A stretch of 63,331 nt of DNA, counting the filler, from Bacteroidales bacterium (GTDB lineage: Bacteria; Bacteroidota; Bacteroidia; Bacteroidales; CAIWKO01): NCBI GenBank assembly GCA_035389045.1. It is 5 parts of 5 records of this genome, joined end to end, with 100 filler letters (N's around TTAATTAATTAA, not from the genome) between each part and the next. Parts side by side here need not be neighbours in the genome. Positions count along the whole stretch, not along the records: positions 1 to 13,689 come from DAOORA010000091.1; 4 more parts are not named here. One strand, given 5' to 3'. The position numbers were made by a program, and so were the translations under genes. Shown here piece after piece: positions 1-9,842 of this stretch; positions within the stretch are counted from its first letter, which is position 1; every line of letters starts with the position of its first letter. The notes under the pieces are model-generated. The model had not been told where the DNA came from, did no database searches, and saw only the letters and a program-made list of their open reading frames with translations.

Positions 1-100
1 TAGCATAAATTTCATCGCCGTTCTTTTTAAAAATCACATCCTGTGCGTACAAGGCATTAATAAATACAATTCCAATCAGAATTAAAATAATCTTTTTCAT
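1..100 (-). CDS. 5' part of a secreted protein (runs off the window)
   Basis: Hand translation MKKIILILIGIVFINALYAQDVIFKKNGDEIYA: signal peptide ending A-Q-D, typical of Bacteroidota; ATG at 100. Confidence 0.7.
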   Translation of the reverse strand, partial: MKKIILILIGIVFINALYAQDVIFKKNGDEIYA

Positions 101-319
101 AACTGTTTGTTTTTTGTTGTTGCTCCGTTACAAGTGGTTGCAAATTACCTTATTACTAATTGAATGAACTATTTCTATGCAAATTTAAAAAAAAATAATT
201 CATCTGTTTGTTTTCATGCGGTTGTTTTAAAAATAGCCCACAAAAAAACCGTGTCGATAAACCAAAAATCAGGCCAAACTAAATCTATAATTATAAACTA
301 CCGGTCATGAAATATTTTA

Positions 320-327
320 TATCTTTG
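320..327 (+). promoter_or_regulatory. Bacteroidota -7 promoter box (TATCTTTG) for rbfA
   Basis: Matches TAnnTTTG, 5 nt before the ATG. Confidence 0.6.
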
Positions 328-332
328 CCTTC

Positions 333-671
333 ATGGACAACATAAGACTTAACAAAGTTTCACGCCTGGTTCATAAAGAACTGGCAGACATTTTTCTGTC
401 GCAGGCAAAAAAAATTGCCGGTAACGCTATGATCACGGTCACAGCGGTGAAGGTCACCAAAGACCTTTCGTACGCCCGGGTTTATTTAAGTTTGTTCGGG
501 ATAAAAAACAAAACAGAACTTATTTCTTCCATAAATGAAAACGCCCGGGAAATAAGGGGCGTCCTGGGAAACCGGCTCAAGCATCAGTTGAGGATAATTC
601 CTGAACTTGATTTCATCCTTGATGACACCCTCGACAGGATTGATCAGATTGACAAACTGCTTAAACAATAG
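333..671 (+). CDS. rbfA: 30S ribosome-binding factor A
   Basis: ITVTAVKVTKDLSYARVYLS and LRIIPELDFILDDT motifs; 112 aa. Confidence 0.95.
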   Translation: MDNIRLNKVSRLVHKELADIFLSQAKKIAGNAMITVTAVKVTKDLSYARVYLSLFGIKNKTELISSINENAREIRGVLGNRLKHQLRIIPELDFILDDTLDRIDQIDKLLKQ

Positions 672-672
672 T

Positions 673-1902
673 TTGAAAATTTCCCTGTACATAGCAAAAC
701 GTTACCTTTTTGCGAAAAAATCGCATAATATCATTAATATTATTTCCGCGATTTCGGTGGGCGGGATCACTATCGGAACGGCGGCGCTTATCATAGTTCT
801 TTCTGTATTCAATGGGTTTGAAAACCTGGTGGTAAGCATGTTCAACTCTTTCAACCCCGACCTGAAAGTTACGGCAGTTGAAGGTAAAACATTTATTGAA
901 GATGATCTTGTCCTGAAGAATATTCTGAACATTGACGGTATAAGCCATCTGACCAAAGTAGTTGAAGAAAACGCATTGATAAAGTATCTGGACAAGCAGT
1001 ACATCTGCACGATGAAAGGCGTCAGCAACGAATTTTTGATGACCAGTCAGATAGACACCATGATTATTGGCGGCGAGGGTATTTTAGAACGGGGTGAACA
1101 AAATTTTGCCATAGTCGGGCAGGGCGTGTCATACAACCTCGGACTAAATCTTAATGATTATGAAAATCCTCTTGTTGTTTATGTCCCTAAACGTTTCAAA
1201 GGTACAAGGTTGAATCCTGTTGATGCATTCAACAGCATGTTGATCCAGCCATCAGGTATATTCTCGGTTCAGCAGGAAGTCGATCAGAAATACATGATTG
1301 TTCCACTCAGGTTTCTGCGCCAATTACTTGATTACGATAAACAACTCAGCGCTCTGGAGATAAGAGTTGAAAACGACGCACAGGTCACCAATGTCCAAAA
1401 GGAAGTACAAGCCCTGCTCGGTGAGAATTTCTCTGTAAAAAACAAATACCAGCAGGAAGAACTGATGTTTAAAATAATGAAGTCCGAAAAACTGGCCATT
1501 TACCTTATACTCTCATTTATACTGCTTATCGCTACATTCAATGTTATCGGTTCGCTTAGCATGCTCATCATCGAGAAACGAAAAGATATTGCCATCTTGA
1601 AAAGCCTGGGCGCAAACAACCAAACCATCCGTAATATTTTTTTTACAGAAGGCATGATGATCTCTCTTTTCGGCGCCTTATTGGGTCTGTTCATCGGCGG
1701 GGCTATCTGCTGGCTTCAGCAGACCTTCGGTATCATAAAGATCGGCCAGGGATCTACGTTTGTTTTGGAAGCCTACCCGACAAAGATTTTATTCACGGAT
1801 TTCATATATGTATTATTGATTGTAAGTTTTATAGGTTTTATTGCAGCCTGGTACCCGGTCAAATATATTTCCAGAAAACATCTGGATGACAGACTGGCAT
1901 AG
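673..1902 (+). CDS. lolE: LolC/E-family lipoprotein-releasing ABC permease (FtsX-like)
   Basis: IAKRYLF...IVLSVFNGF, large periplasmic loop, EKRKDIAILKSLGA; likely TTG start at 673 just after the rbfA stop. Confidence 0.85.
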   Translation: MKISLYIAKRYLFAKKSHNIINIISAISVGGITIGTAALIIVLSVFNGFENLVVSMFNSFNPDLKVTAVEGKTFIEDDLVLKNILNIDGISHLTKVVEENALIKYLDKQYICTMKGVSNEFLMTSQIDTMIIGGEGILERGEQNFAIVGQGVSYNLGLNLNDYENPLVVYVPKRFKGTRLNPVDAFNSMLIQPSGIFSVQQEVDQKYMIVPLRFLRQLLDYDKQLSALEIRVENDAQVTNVQKEVQALLGENFSVKNKYQQEELMFKIMKSEKLAIYLILSFILLIATFNVIGSLSMLIIEKRKDIAILKSLGANNQTIRNIFFTEGMMISLFGALLGLFIGGAICWLQQTFGIIKIGQGSTFVLEAYPTKILFTDFIYVLLIVSFIGFIAAWYPVKYISRKHLDDRLA

Positions 1903-2160
1903 CTCAAAATTATGTTTATGAATTTTGCTGCTTTATTTTCTATTTTTTTCAGCAGAAGCAAAATATCCCGGAGAAATTCAAACAATGAATAATCTTTCTA
2001 CGCAAATAGAAAAACACAATTCCGAAGTATTGTTTTATTTAAGATCCCTTGAATCATTCTCTTAAAGGCATATATTTGTATTCTTTATTGGAAATTATTA
2101 AGGAATCTTTCTGAAAAAATCATTACTGTGTATTTTTTTAATATTTAAAATCATAAGACC

Positions 2161-3210
2161 ATGGCAAAAAAAACAAAAAAAATCAGGATACTCTCCATTG
2201 ACGGGGGCGGGATCAAAGGCATACTTCCCGGAATAATACTCGAATATATTGAATCAAGAATAAATAAAATGGAAGGCCCCGATAAAAGATTGTCCGATTA
2301 TTTCGATCTCATTGCGGGCACAAGTACCGGTGGCATTTTAACCTGTATTTATCTGACGCCGGGAAAAGATGGCCGTCCAAAATTCACGGCCACAGAAGCA
2401 GTAGACTTGTACATTGAAAAGGGCCATGAAATTTTTGATATTGGTTTCTGGCACAAATTTCATAGCCTGGCCGGATTAGCCGATGAAAAATTCCCGGTAG
2501 CGAATTTTGAAAAAAAACTAAGGGACTATTTTGGCAACACCCGGCTCAGTGAGTTATTGAAACCTTGTCTTGTAACTTCTTATGAGATAACCAAACGTGC
2601 TGCATTTTTCTTTAATTCGGTCAATGGAAAGAAAGGCGATCTGGATGATTTTTTTGTTCGGGATATCTGCCGAGCCACATCGGCAGCTCCGACATATTTT
2701 GAAACCTGTCAGATTAAGTCGGGGTACGGAGCGCCCTATTCAATGATTGACGGCGGAGTTTTTGCAAATAATCCGGCCTTGTGCGCTTATGCTGAAGCCC
2801 GCAAAATGGAATTCAGCAAAATTCTGAACAATCCCGGCAAACCGGACAAACCGACTGTAAAAGACATGATCATCGTTTCCATCGGGACAGGGTCAACGGG
2901 AAAGCCTTATTTATACAAGGATGCAAAAAAATGGGGGGCTATCGGTTGGTTGTTGCCGATTATTGATATTCTCATGTCAGGAAACTCCGAAACGGTGAGT
3001 TACCAGGTCAAACAAATGTTTTTGACCTTAGATGAAAAAAATAAAAAAGATTATTTCAGGATTGAGCCCACCCTGGGCGAAGCCAAATCGGCCATGGACA
3101 ATGCTTCGGCTGAAAATATCCTCAACCTGGTGTCGGCAGGCAGGCGTTTCGTCGCAGATCATAAAGAGGAATTGGATCTCATCGTCGACAGACTGATAGC
3201 CAACAAATAG
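2161..3210 (+). CDS. Patatin-like phospholipase
   Basis: ILSIDGGGIKG, GTSTG nucleophile, DGGVFANNP. Confidence 0.92.
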   Translation: MAKKTKKIRILSIDGGGIKGILPGIILEYIESRINKMEGPDKRLSDYFDLIAGTSTGGILTCIYLTPGKDGRPKFTATEAVDLYIEKGHEIFDIGFWHKFHSLAGLADEKFPVANFEKKLRDYFGNTRLSELLKPCLVTSYEITKRAAFFFNSVNGKKGDLDDFFVRDICRATSAAPTYFETCQIKSGYGAPYSMIDGGVFANNPALCAYAEARKMEFSKILNNPGKPDKPTVKDMIIVSIGTGSTGKPYLYKDAKKWGAIGWLLPIIDILMSGNSETVSYQVKQMFLTLDEKNKKDYFRIEPTLGEAKSAMDNASAENILNLVSAGRRFVADHKEELDLIVDRLIANK

Positions 3211-3513
3211 CAGCATCATTATATTTGAAATAAACCGATCATTGTAATCACAAACGGGAAGATCAAATTGCCGGCGGATCAAAACTGCTCAAAGCCTGCA
3301 GGACAACAGTTACGGAAAATCGGCGCTTCCATAAGCCATTTAACTCATTCGAACTCATGATGGTTTATAATATGTTCCGGGAGACATGGTTATAAAAAAA
3401 TTTGTATATGAAATTTGCTGTAAGTAATTTTGCTGAAATAAATTATACTAATTGTAATAACAACACTTACTACTGAGCGCTATATTTATACTACCAAATA
3501 TAAAACAAAATAA

Positions 3514-5379
3514 ATGAAAAAAGTTTTAGGTATTTCAGCTTTTTACCATGATTCTGCTGCTGCATTATTAATTGATGGCAACATCATTGCCGCTGCGCAG
3601 GAAGAAAGATTTACACGTCAGAAACATACACCGGATTTTCCTGTTCATGCCATTAAATATTGTCTTGAATATTCAGGTTGCAGCATTGACGAACTCGATG
3701 CCGTTGTTTTTTATGACAAACCATTGCTGAAGTTCGAAAGGTTGTTAGATACCTATTATGCTTTTGCGCCCAAAGGGCTGGTATCTTTTCTCAAAGCGAT
3801 ACCGGTGTGGACCAGAGAAAAGATGTTCTTGAAAAAATTACTCCATGAAGGCTTGCAGCAAATACAGAAATACGATAAGAAGAAACTGAAGCTCATGTTT
3901 CCCGAACACCATTTATCACATGCCGCCAGCGCGTTTTATCCTTCGCCTTACCAGGAAGCAGCCATTTTAACGGTCGATGGCGTTGGTGAATGGGCCACGG
4001 CTTCTATATGTCATGGGAAAGGCAACAAAATTAAAATGCTGAAAGAGATGAGATTTCCCCATTCTGTGGGGCTTCTGTACAGTGCCTTTACTTATTATCT
4101 TGGCTTTAGAGTCAACTCGGGAGAATACAAACTGATGGGCCTGGCGCCATACGGCAATGCAGGAGCAACGCAAACCATTGATTTCATCGGTAAAATCAAA
4201 AGTCACCTCGTTTCCATCAAAGACGACGGTTCTATTTGGTTAAATATGGATTATTTTAACTATGCGACAGGCCTCAGAATGGTGAAAGAAAAAAAATGGG
4301 AAGAACTTTTCGGGTTCCCTGCAATAAAACCGGATGGCAAAATCACACAAAAGCATTGTAATCTTGCTTATGCCATACAAAATGTCACAGAAGAGATCGT
4401 TCTGAAAATGGCCAGGGAGGCAAAAAAGATCACCGGTACCGATTACTTATGCCTTGCCGGAGGTGTTGCGCTGAATTGTGTTGCTAACGGAAAACTTCTG
4501 AAAGAAAACATTTTTAAGGACATTTTCATTCAGCCGGCAGCAGGCGATGCGGGTGGCGCATTGGGCGCAGCAGAAATAATCCATTATATGTACTATGATC
4601 AGGAACGTAAGGTTTCAGATATTGGCGATGCCATGCAGGGCGCCTATCTGGGGCCGGATTTTTCTGATAAAGAAGCTATTATTTCGTTTAAAAAACACAA
4701 AGCCGTTTATCATTGTATAGATAATTTTAATAATTTATGTTCGGAAGTGGCCGATCTGCTTGATGCCGGTAATGTGGTCGGATGGTTCCAGGGCAGGATG
4801 GAATATGGTCCCAGGGCATTAGGAAACCGAAGTATCCTGGGCGATGCAAGAAATATGGAAATGCAGAAGAAACTGAACCTGAAAATCAAGTACAGGGAAG
4901 GTTTCAGACCTTTTGCCCCTTCGGTACTGATTGAAAGTTCAAAAGATTTTTTCGACCTTCAGGCGCCTTCGCCCTATATGCTTCTTATCGCTTACGTTAA
5001 TCATGATAGAAGGGCACAACTACCTGATAATTATCAGGAAATGGATTTATGGGAAAAACTTTATTACAAAAGAAGCGACATTCAATCTATTACTCATCTG
5101 GACTTCTCTGCACGAATACAAACGGTGCATAAAGAAACTAACCCGAGGTACTGGCAACTCATCAACACCTTTAAAGAAAAAACCGGATACGGAATAGTGG
5201 TGAATACCAGTTTTAATGTCCGCGGAGAACCTATTGTGTGTACGCCCGAAGATGCCTACAAATGTTTTATGCGGACTGAAATGGACTACCTGGTGGTCAA
5301 TAACTTTATCTTAAAGAAAACCGAGCAACCCGACTGGGAAAACCGTGAAAAATGGATCGTAAAGTTTAAACTGGATTAA
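3514..5379 (+). CDS. O-carbamoyltransferase (NodU/CmcH/SxtI family)
   Basis: GISAFYHDSAA, EERF, HHLSHAAS, GEYKLMGLA, GGVALNC, GPRALGNRS, NTSFN motifs. Confidence 0.95.
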   Translation: MKKVLGISAFYHDSAAALLIDGNIIAAAQEERFTRQKHTPDFPVHAIKYCLEYSGCSIDELDAVVFYDKPLLKFERLLDTYYAFAPKGLVSFLKAIPVWTREKMFLKKLLHEGLQQIQKYDKKKLKLMFPEHHLSHAASAFYPSPYQEAAILTVDGVGEWATASICHGKGNKIKMLKEMRFPHSVGLLYSAFTYYLGFRVNSGEYKLMGLAPYGNAGATQTIDFIGKIKSHLVSIKDDGSIWLNMDYFNYATGLRMVKEKKWEELFGFPAIKPDGKITQKHCNLAYAIQNVTEEIVLKMAREAKKITGTDYLCLAGGVALNCVANGKLLKENIFKDIFIQPAAGDAGGALGAAEIIHYMYYDQERKVSDIGDAMQGAYLGPDFSDKEAIISFKKHKAVYHCIDNFNNLCSEVADLLDAGNVVGWFQGRMEYGPRALGNRSILGDARNMEMQKKLNLKIKYREGFRPFAPSVLIESSKDFFDLQAPSPYMLLIAYVNHDRRAQLPDNYQEMDLWEKLYYKRSDIQSITHLDFSARIQTVHKETNPRYWQLINTFKEKTGYGIVVNTSFNVRGEPIVCTPEDAYKCFMRTEMDYLVVNNFILKKTEQPDWENREKWIVKFKLD

Positions 5380-5493
5380 TAGCTTTGTTTTATATTAACG
5401 GATACTATTATCCCATATCACACAAGTTTATATTTCAAATCATATCAATATCCCTACAACTTTAAATTATTTATAACAAAATCAAAAATTTTT

Positions 5494-5643
5494 ATGGACT
5501 TTTTAAAAGATCTCTGGCTTTTCATGAAAGAGCGTAAAAAATATTGGCTGGCGCCCTTGATAATCGTGATATTACTTTTAGGATTATTGATCATCTTTGG
5601 AGGCGGAAGCGCCGTTGCACCATTTATTTATACGTTATTTTGA
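5494..5643 (+). CDS. SxtK-like/DUF5989 small membrane peptide (49 aa, missing from the ORF track)
   Basis: Hand translation MDFLKDLWLFMKERKKYWLAPLIIVILLLGLLIIFGGGSAVAPFIYTLF; usual partner of this carbamoyltransferase family. Confidence 0.9.
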   Translation: MDFLKDLWLFMKERKKYWLAPLIIVILLLGLLIIFGGGSAVAPFIYTLF

Positions 5644-5716
5644 TATAGGTTAGATCATTTTGCCAATATTTACCCATCCTGTTATTGACACTTAAAATCA
5701 GTGGGTAATTTCTTCT

Positions 5717-7453
5717 ATGAAAAAAAGGCCTTTAATCATTACTGTTTCACTGTTCCTTTTCGGAATAGTACTTTTCACTGTATTTTATTTTTCATATATC
5801 GGAAAAACAGCAATATATGATCTCGTCAATGTTGAATTTACCGGTGTAACTACAGAAGAGGCTGCCTCCATTAAAATTTCAGGGACTACGCCTTTTAATA
5901 AAAAGATAAATATACAAACGCCTGCCAGGGATGATTTCGGTTCTTTTGAATTTATTGAGATGTCGGTCCCAGACACGCTCGTTTCAAAAATCATTTCAAT
6001 CCGGATCGTATTAAAAAGCAAGGTTTACAAACTTAAAACGGACGATTTAATACCGAACGGTACATCAGCCTACGGTCATATCTACAGATTGCCAGGGGAA
6101 GTGAACAGTACCGGTACATTTTTCAACAGATTATTTGCATCATATCCTTTTAATATTGCGGCATCATCGTTATTCATTTCCTTCGTATCAGTGACTATTT
6201 CTATTATCCTTTTAGTGACATTCATAAAAATGATATGGAAAGGACCAAGAAAATATATCAGAGTTCTCATAGTTCAAATTAAAGAAAAGAGATTTTTATA
6301 TGTTTTTCTTTTTATTGTACTTATTATTCTTTTGCTGTTGCCCATTAAAGGGATCATCATCAAGCCGCTGATCATAATATTTTATTTTATATTTTTAATC
6401 CAAACTGCCCTTCTGTTAAGAAGAAGTTATGTTTGTTACATACTCCGTGCCGTCATAATAGTTTTCCTGTGTTTTGAACTTATTTTCGGATTTTTGAATT
6501 CAAAAAAAATTATCACTCAAACTCTTGGTGATGGAAAATACATTACGCGGGAAAAATTTACATTGGTTGATCCGAAACTCGGAGGGTACAGGCTTCTTCC
6601 AAATTGTTACCGGAAAAGAGCCACGGAAATATTAAACGGCGATACCGTTTATGATGTTTATTATTCTTCGGACAAATATGGCCGGCGAATACCGGAAGAA
6701 GTATTTTATAGTTCTCTGAACAACACAAAAAATACCAAAAAAAAGAAACATGCTGTTTTTCTGGGCTGTTCTCATACTTTTGGTGAAGGACTGGGTTGCA
6801 GTTCTTCGTTTCCGTATATGTTCGAAATTAACAACCCGGAATACCAATCATATAATTATGGATTTTCATCGTGGGGGCCTAATCAGATGGCCCTGCTATT
6901 CGATGAAGGCATAAATACCCTGAACAATATTTCAATTCCAGAAGATAGCGGTTTTTGCCTATATTCTTATATTGATGACCATATGAACAGGGTTTATGGA
7001 GGAAGTACCTATCTGGATTTCGCGGGCCAAACTGCCGATGTGTATGTAATTGATAATAAATTAATAACGGCACCCCGATCGTATATTCAACGATGCTTTG
7101 GACAATTTCTTTTCAATTCGGAAACTATGAGATATTTCAATGTAACATTCTCATATCCAAAGCGTGAGCGCTTTTATAGAAGATTTGCGGATTTAATAAA
7201 TTATTCTGCTAAAAAATACTGGGATATTAAGCCACATGGTTATTTTTATGTGGGATTATATGAATATATTTGGTCTGCTGACAGAGATTATTCATGGTTA
7301 CAGTATCTGGATAAAAAAATTAAGGTTATTTATGTTACTACTTTACCAGATATTAATTCGAATCCCATTTACAAGATTCAGGGCGACGGGCATCCTTCAA
7401 AAGCACTGAATGCATACTATATAAATGAAATTTCGAAATCAATAATAAAATAG
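5717..7453 (+). CDS. Membrane-anchored SGNH/GDSL-like protein, paralog 1
   Basis: TM helices, then FLGCSHTFGEG (block I), NYGFSSWGP (block II) and DGHP (block V). Confidence 0.75.
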   Translation: MKKRPLIITVSLFLFGIVLFTVFYFSYIGKTAIYDLVNVEFTGVTTEEAASIKISGTTPFNKKINIQTPARDDFGSFEFIEMSVPDTLVSKIISIRIVLKSKVYKLKTDDLIPNGTSAYGHIYRLPGEVNSTGTFFNRLFASYPFNIAASSLFISFVSVTISIILLVTFIKMIWKGPRKYIRVLIVQIKEKRFLYVFLFIVLIILLLLPIKGIIIKPLIIIFYFIFLIQTALLLRRSYVCYILRAVIIVFLCFELIFGFLNSKKIITQTLGDGKYITREKFTLVDPKLGGYRLLPNCYRKRATEILNGDTVYDVYYSSDKYGRRIPEEVFYSSLNNTKNTKKKKHAVFLGCSHTFGEGLGCSSSFPYMFEINNPEYQSYNYGFSSWGPNQMALLFDEGINTLNNISIPEDSGFCLYSYIDDHMNRVYGGSTYLDFAGQTADVYVIDNKLITAPRSYIQRCFGQFLFNSETMRYFNVTFSYPKRERFYRRFADLINYSAKKYWDIKPHGYFYVGLYEYIWSADRDYSWLQYLDKKIKVIYVTTLPDINSNPIYKIQGDGHPSKALNAYYINEISKSIIK

Positions 7454-7636
7454 ACATTTCTGAACCTTCTTTAACATTCTCCGATGTTTCTGAAAAATGA
7501 TTAAAAAATCCCTTCGGCTTCCAGTTTTATTGGCATTACCGTGTGCTCATCCTGTGATTATATATAACTGCAGTTACATTGGGCGAAATATATAAATACC
7601 AGCAGATTTTTATATTTAGTGTTTGAGCGGAAACCC

Positions 7637-7759
7637 AGTGTCTGAATCGAAAAGTTCAGTTTCGAGGCTTGCGAAGCGACAAAAAGCGGAGTTTACTGCG
7701 GTAAATGAGCATTTTTGGAGCAAGCGTAACGAAGAAAATGGAGTTTTCGTTCAGACACT
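7637..7759. mobile_element. MITE-like element, about 123 bp
   Basis: Terminal inverted repeats AGTGTCTGAA(T)CGAAAA / TTTTCGTTCAGACACT; internal hairpin TTTAC-TGCG-GTAAA; GC-richer than its flanks. Confidence 0.7.
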
Positions 7760-7806
7760 ATTTAAAATAAAATTCATAGAGACTTTTACTGAAACTTTTT
7801 AAAATC

Positions 7807-7846
7807 TCTGTTCGGGCTTTTTTATAACTTCGCCCTTTGATTTCTT
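7807..7846 (+). promoter_or_regulatory. Duplicated promoter/leader of SGNH paralog 2
   Basis: TCTGTTCGGGCTTTTTTATAACTTCGCCCTTTGATTTCTT, near-identical to 9802-9842; contains a TAnnTTCG -7-like box. Confidence 0.6.
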
Positions 7847-9601
7847 ATGAGAAAAAAACAAATACTCATATCTGTTTTTTTAGTACTGCTTGTAACAGCA
7901 ATCCTAACAGCATACTATGTTTTTTATTTAAGAAATATTATCATCTATGATCTGGTAAACATCGAATATACGGGGATTTCAGAGGAAGAGAGCGGGATAA
8001 TAACAACCATGGGGAACACACCTGCTGGTAAAAAAGTACCTGTAACAACGTTAAAAACCGGAAATCAACTTAGTGGCGGCTGTTTTCAGTCTATAGAATT
8101 GATAATCCCCGATACACTCGTTTCAAAAATAATTTCAGTTCAAATTAATTTGAAGAGTATTTCTTACACGTTTGCATCTAACGATCTTATTTTCAATAAA
8201 TTATCAGACAATACATCCATTTGTGTCTTGCCACCCGGGTTAAAAAGTAATGGAACTTTTATACAAAAATTGTCTTCAGCATTTCCTTTTAACCTTGTTT
8301 TTTCTTCTCCACTTTTTTTGATGTTATTTATCATTGTTCTGTTTGCAATTGCAGTGCTTTTTATCGTTATCTGCCTCATTATCATCATCAGATGGATAAA
8401 AAAGATACTTCCCGAAAACAAAAAACAACAATTCAACAAATTAATACAAAAAAGGTCTTTTCAATACCTGCTTATTTGCATTTTTTTCCTGTTGCTGGCT
8501 TTGTGGCCGGTTTTGTGGCCCGATCACATAAAAATAATTTATTTTCTTCTCATCATATTATTCGTTTTATTTCTAATAAAAACTTTATTCTGCATTAAAA
8601 AGAGTTTTACACTATATGTTTTCAATTCTATAATAATTATTTTTTTATGTTTTGAACTATTTTTCACTATTCTTCAAAATTCAGATTCTACTATTTATGA
8701 CCATTTTGCTAACAATCAAAGCAGTACAATCCTTGATGAAATAACAACGTGGAGATCAAGGCCGGATTGTTTCCGAAACAGGCATTACAAGATTTCCGGA
8801 CACGATACTATTTTTGACTATTATTTCACGACGAATGAATATGGCATTAGAATATCGGATCAGGAGTTTTTAAATCACACGCCGGATGACAAAAATCCAC
8901 ACAGAAAACATGCTGTTTTTTTGGGGTGTTCCTATACTCATGGAACAGGACTGGATTATACATCATCATTTCCTTTTTTATTTGAAAAAAAATATCCGGA
9001 GTATAAATCATATAATTTCGGAGTAAATGGTTTTGCACCAAATCAAATATGTCTGTTATTCGACGAGGGAATAAATATTATAAATGATAATTCGGTTGCC
9101 CATGATAGCGGATTTTGTATTTATACCTTTATTATTGATCATCTCAACCGTGTCTATGGTAGCAGCAACTGTTATTCCTTTAACGCCGGCAGCCCGGATG
9201 TTTATGTAAAAGATACTAAATTGATTCGCAAAAAAAGATCAGAAATCATTTCCTGGTTGCTGAACAATTCTGCAACCATGACCTACTTCAATATTCACAC
9301 AACATATCCTAAAAATGAAGAATTTTATATGCGATTTGCCGACATAATTAATTATACAGCGGCCAAATATTGGAAATTGAAACCCGCCGGCGAGTTTTAT
9401 GTGGCCATATATCCGTGCAGCAAAGAAAACGATACGGCATGGGTGAAATTTTTAAACAAAAAAATACAAGTTATAAACCCCGCCCCCCCCGCAGATATTG
9501 AAAACAATCCTTCCTATTTTATAAGTAACTGGGATCTGCATCCTACACATAAATTAAATTCTTATTATATTGAAGAAATTTCGAAATCTATAATAAAGTA
9601 G
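7847..9601 (+). CDS. Membrane-anchored SGNH/GDSL-like protein, paralog 2
   Basis: FLGCSYTHGTG, NFGVNGFAP, DLHP; shares IYDLVNIE, PDTL and LFDEGIN blocks with paralogs 1 and 3. Confidence 0.75.
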   Translation: MRKKQILISVFLVLLVTAILTAYYVFYLRNIIIYDLVNIEYTGISEEESGIITTMGNTPAGKKVPVTTLKTGNQLSGGCFQSIELIIPDTLVSKIISVQINLKSISYTFASNDLIFNKLSDNTSICVLPPGLKSNGTFIQKLSSAFPFNLVFSSPLFLMLFIIVLFAIAVLFIVICLIIIIRWIKKILPENKKQQFNKLIQKRSFQYLLICIFFLLLALWPVLWPDHIKIIYFLLIILFVLFLIKTLFCIKKSFTLYVFNSIIIIFLCFELFFTILQNSDSTIYDHFANNQSSTILDEITTWRSRPDCFRNRHYKISGHDTIFDYYFTTNEYGIRISDQEFLNHTPDDKNPHRKHAVFLGCSYTHGTGLDYTSSFPFLFEKKYPEYKSYNFGVNGFAPNQICLLFDEGINIINDNSVAHDSGFCIYTFIIDHLNRVYGSSNCYSFNAGSPDVYVKDTKLIRKKRSEIISWLLNNSATMTYFNIHTTYPKNEEFYMRFADIINYTAAKYWKLKPAGEFYVAIYPCSKENDTAWVKFLNKKIQVINPAPPADIENNPSYFISNWDLHPTHKLNSYYIEEISKSIIK

Positions 9602-9801
9602 TTTATCCCACACTCCTCTTATAATTCATCAAGACTTCAAAAAAAACAAAAGTGCGCTGCAGTTGCCTTTTACGTTGCACCACAATTTGCTCATTTTGCG
9701 TTTTTAATTCCATTGTATTTGCTCTGTTCCATACCTATTAATCATTCAGGATTCAAGTATTTAGAATAATAATAACAATTTCACTGCAGATTTTTTTCAT
9801 T

Positions 9802-9842
9802 TCTGGTCGGGCTTTTTTTATAATTTCGCCCGTTGATTTTTT
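9802..9842 (+). promoter_or_regulatory. Duplicated promoter/leader of SGNH paralog 3
   Basis: TCTGGTCGGGCTTTTTTTATAATTTCGCCCGTTGATTTTTT, copy of 7807-7846. Confidence 0.6.

Noticed and set aside
2161..3210. Patatin as a CBASS CapV effector
   Set aside because: No CD-NTase or Cap2/Cap3 genes are nearby; it looks like a stand-alone phospholipase.
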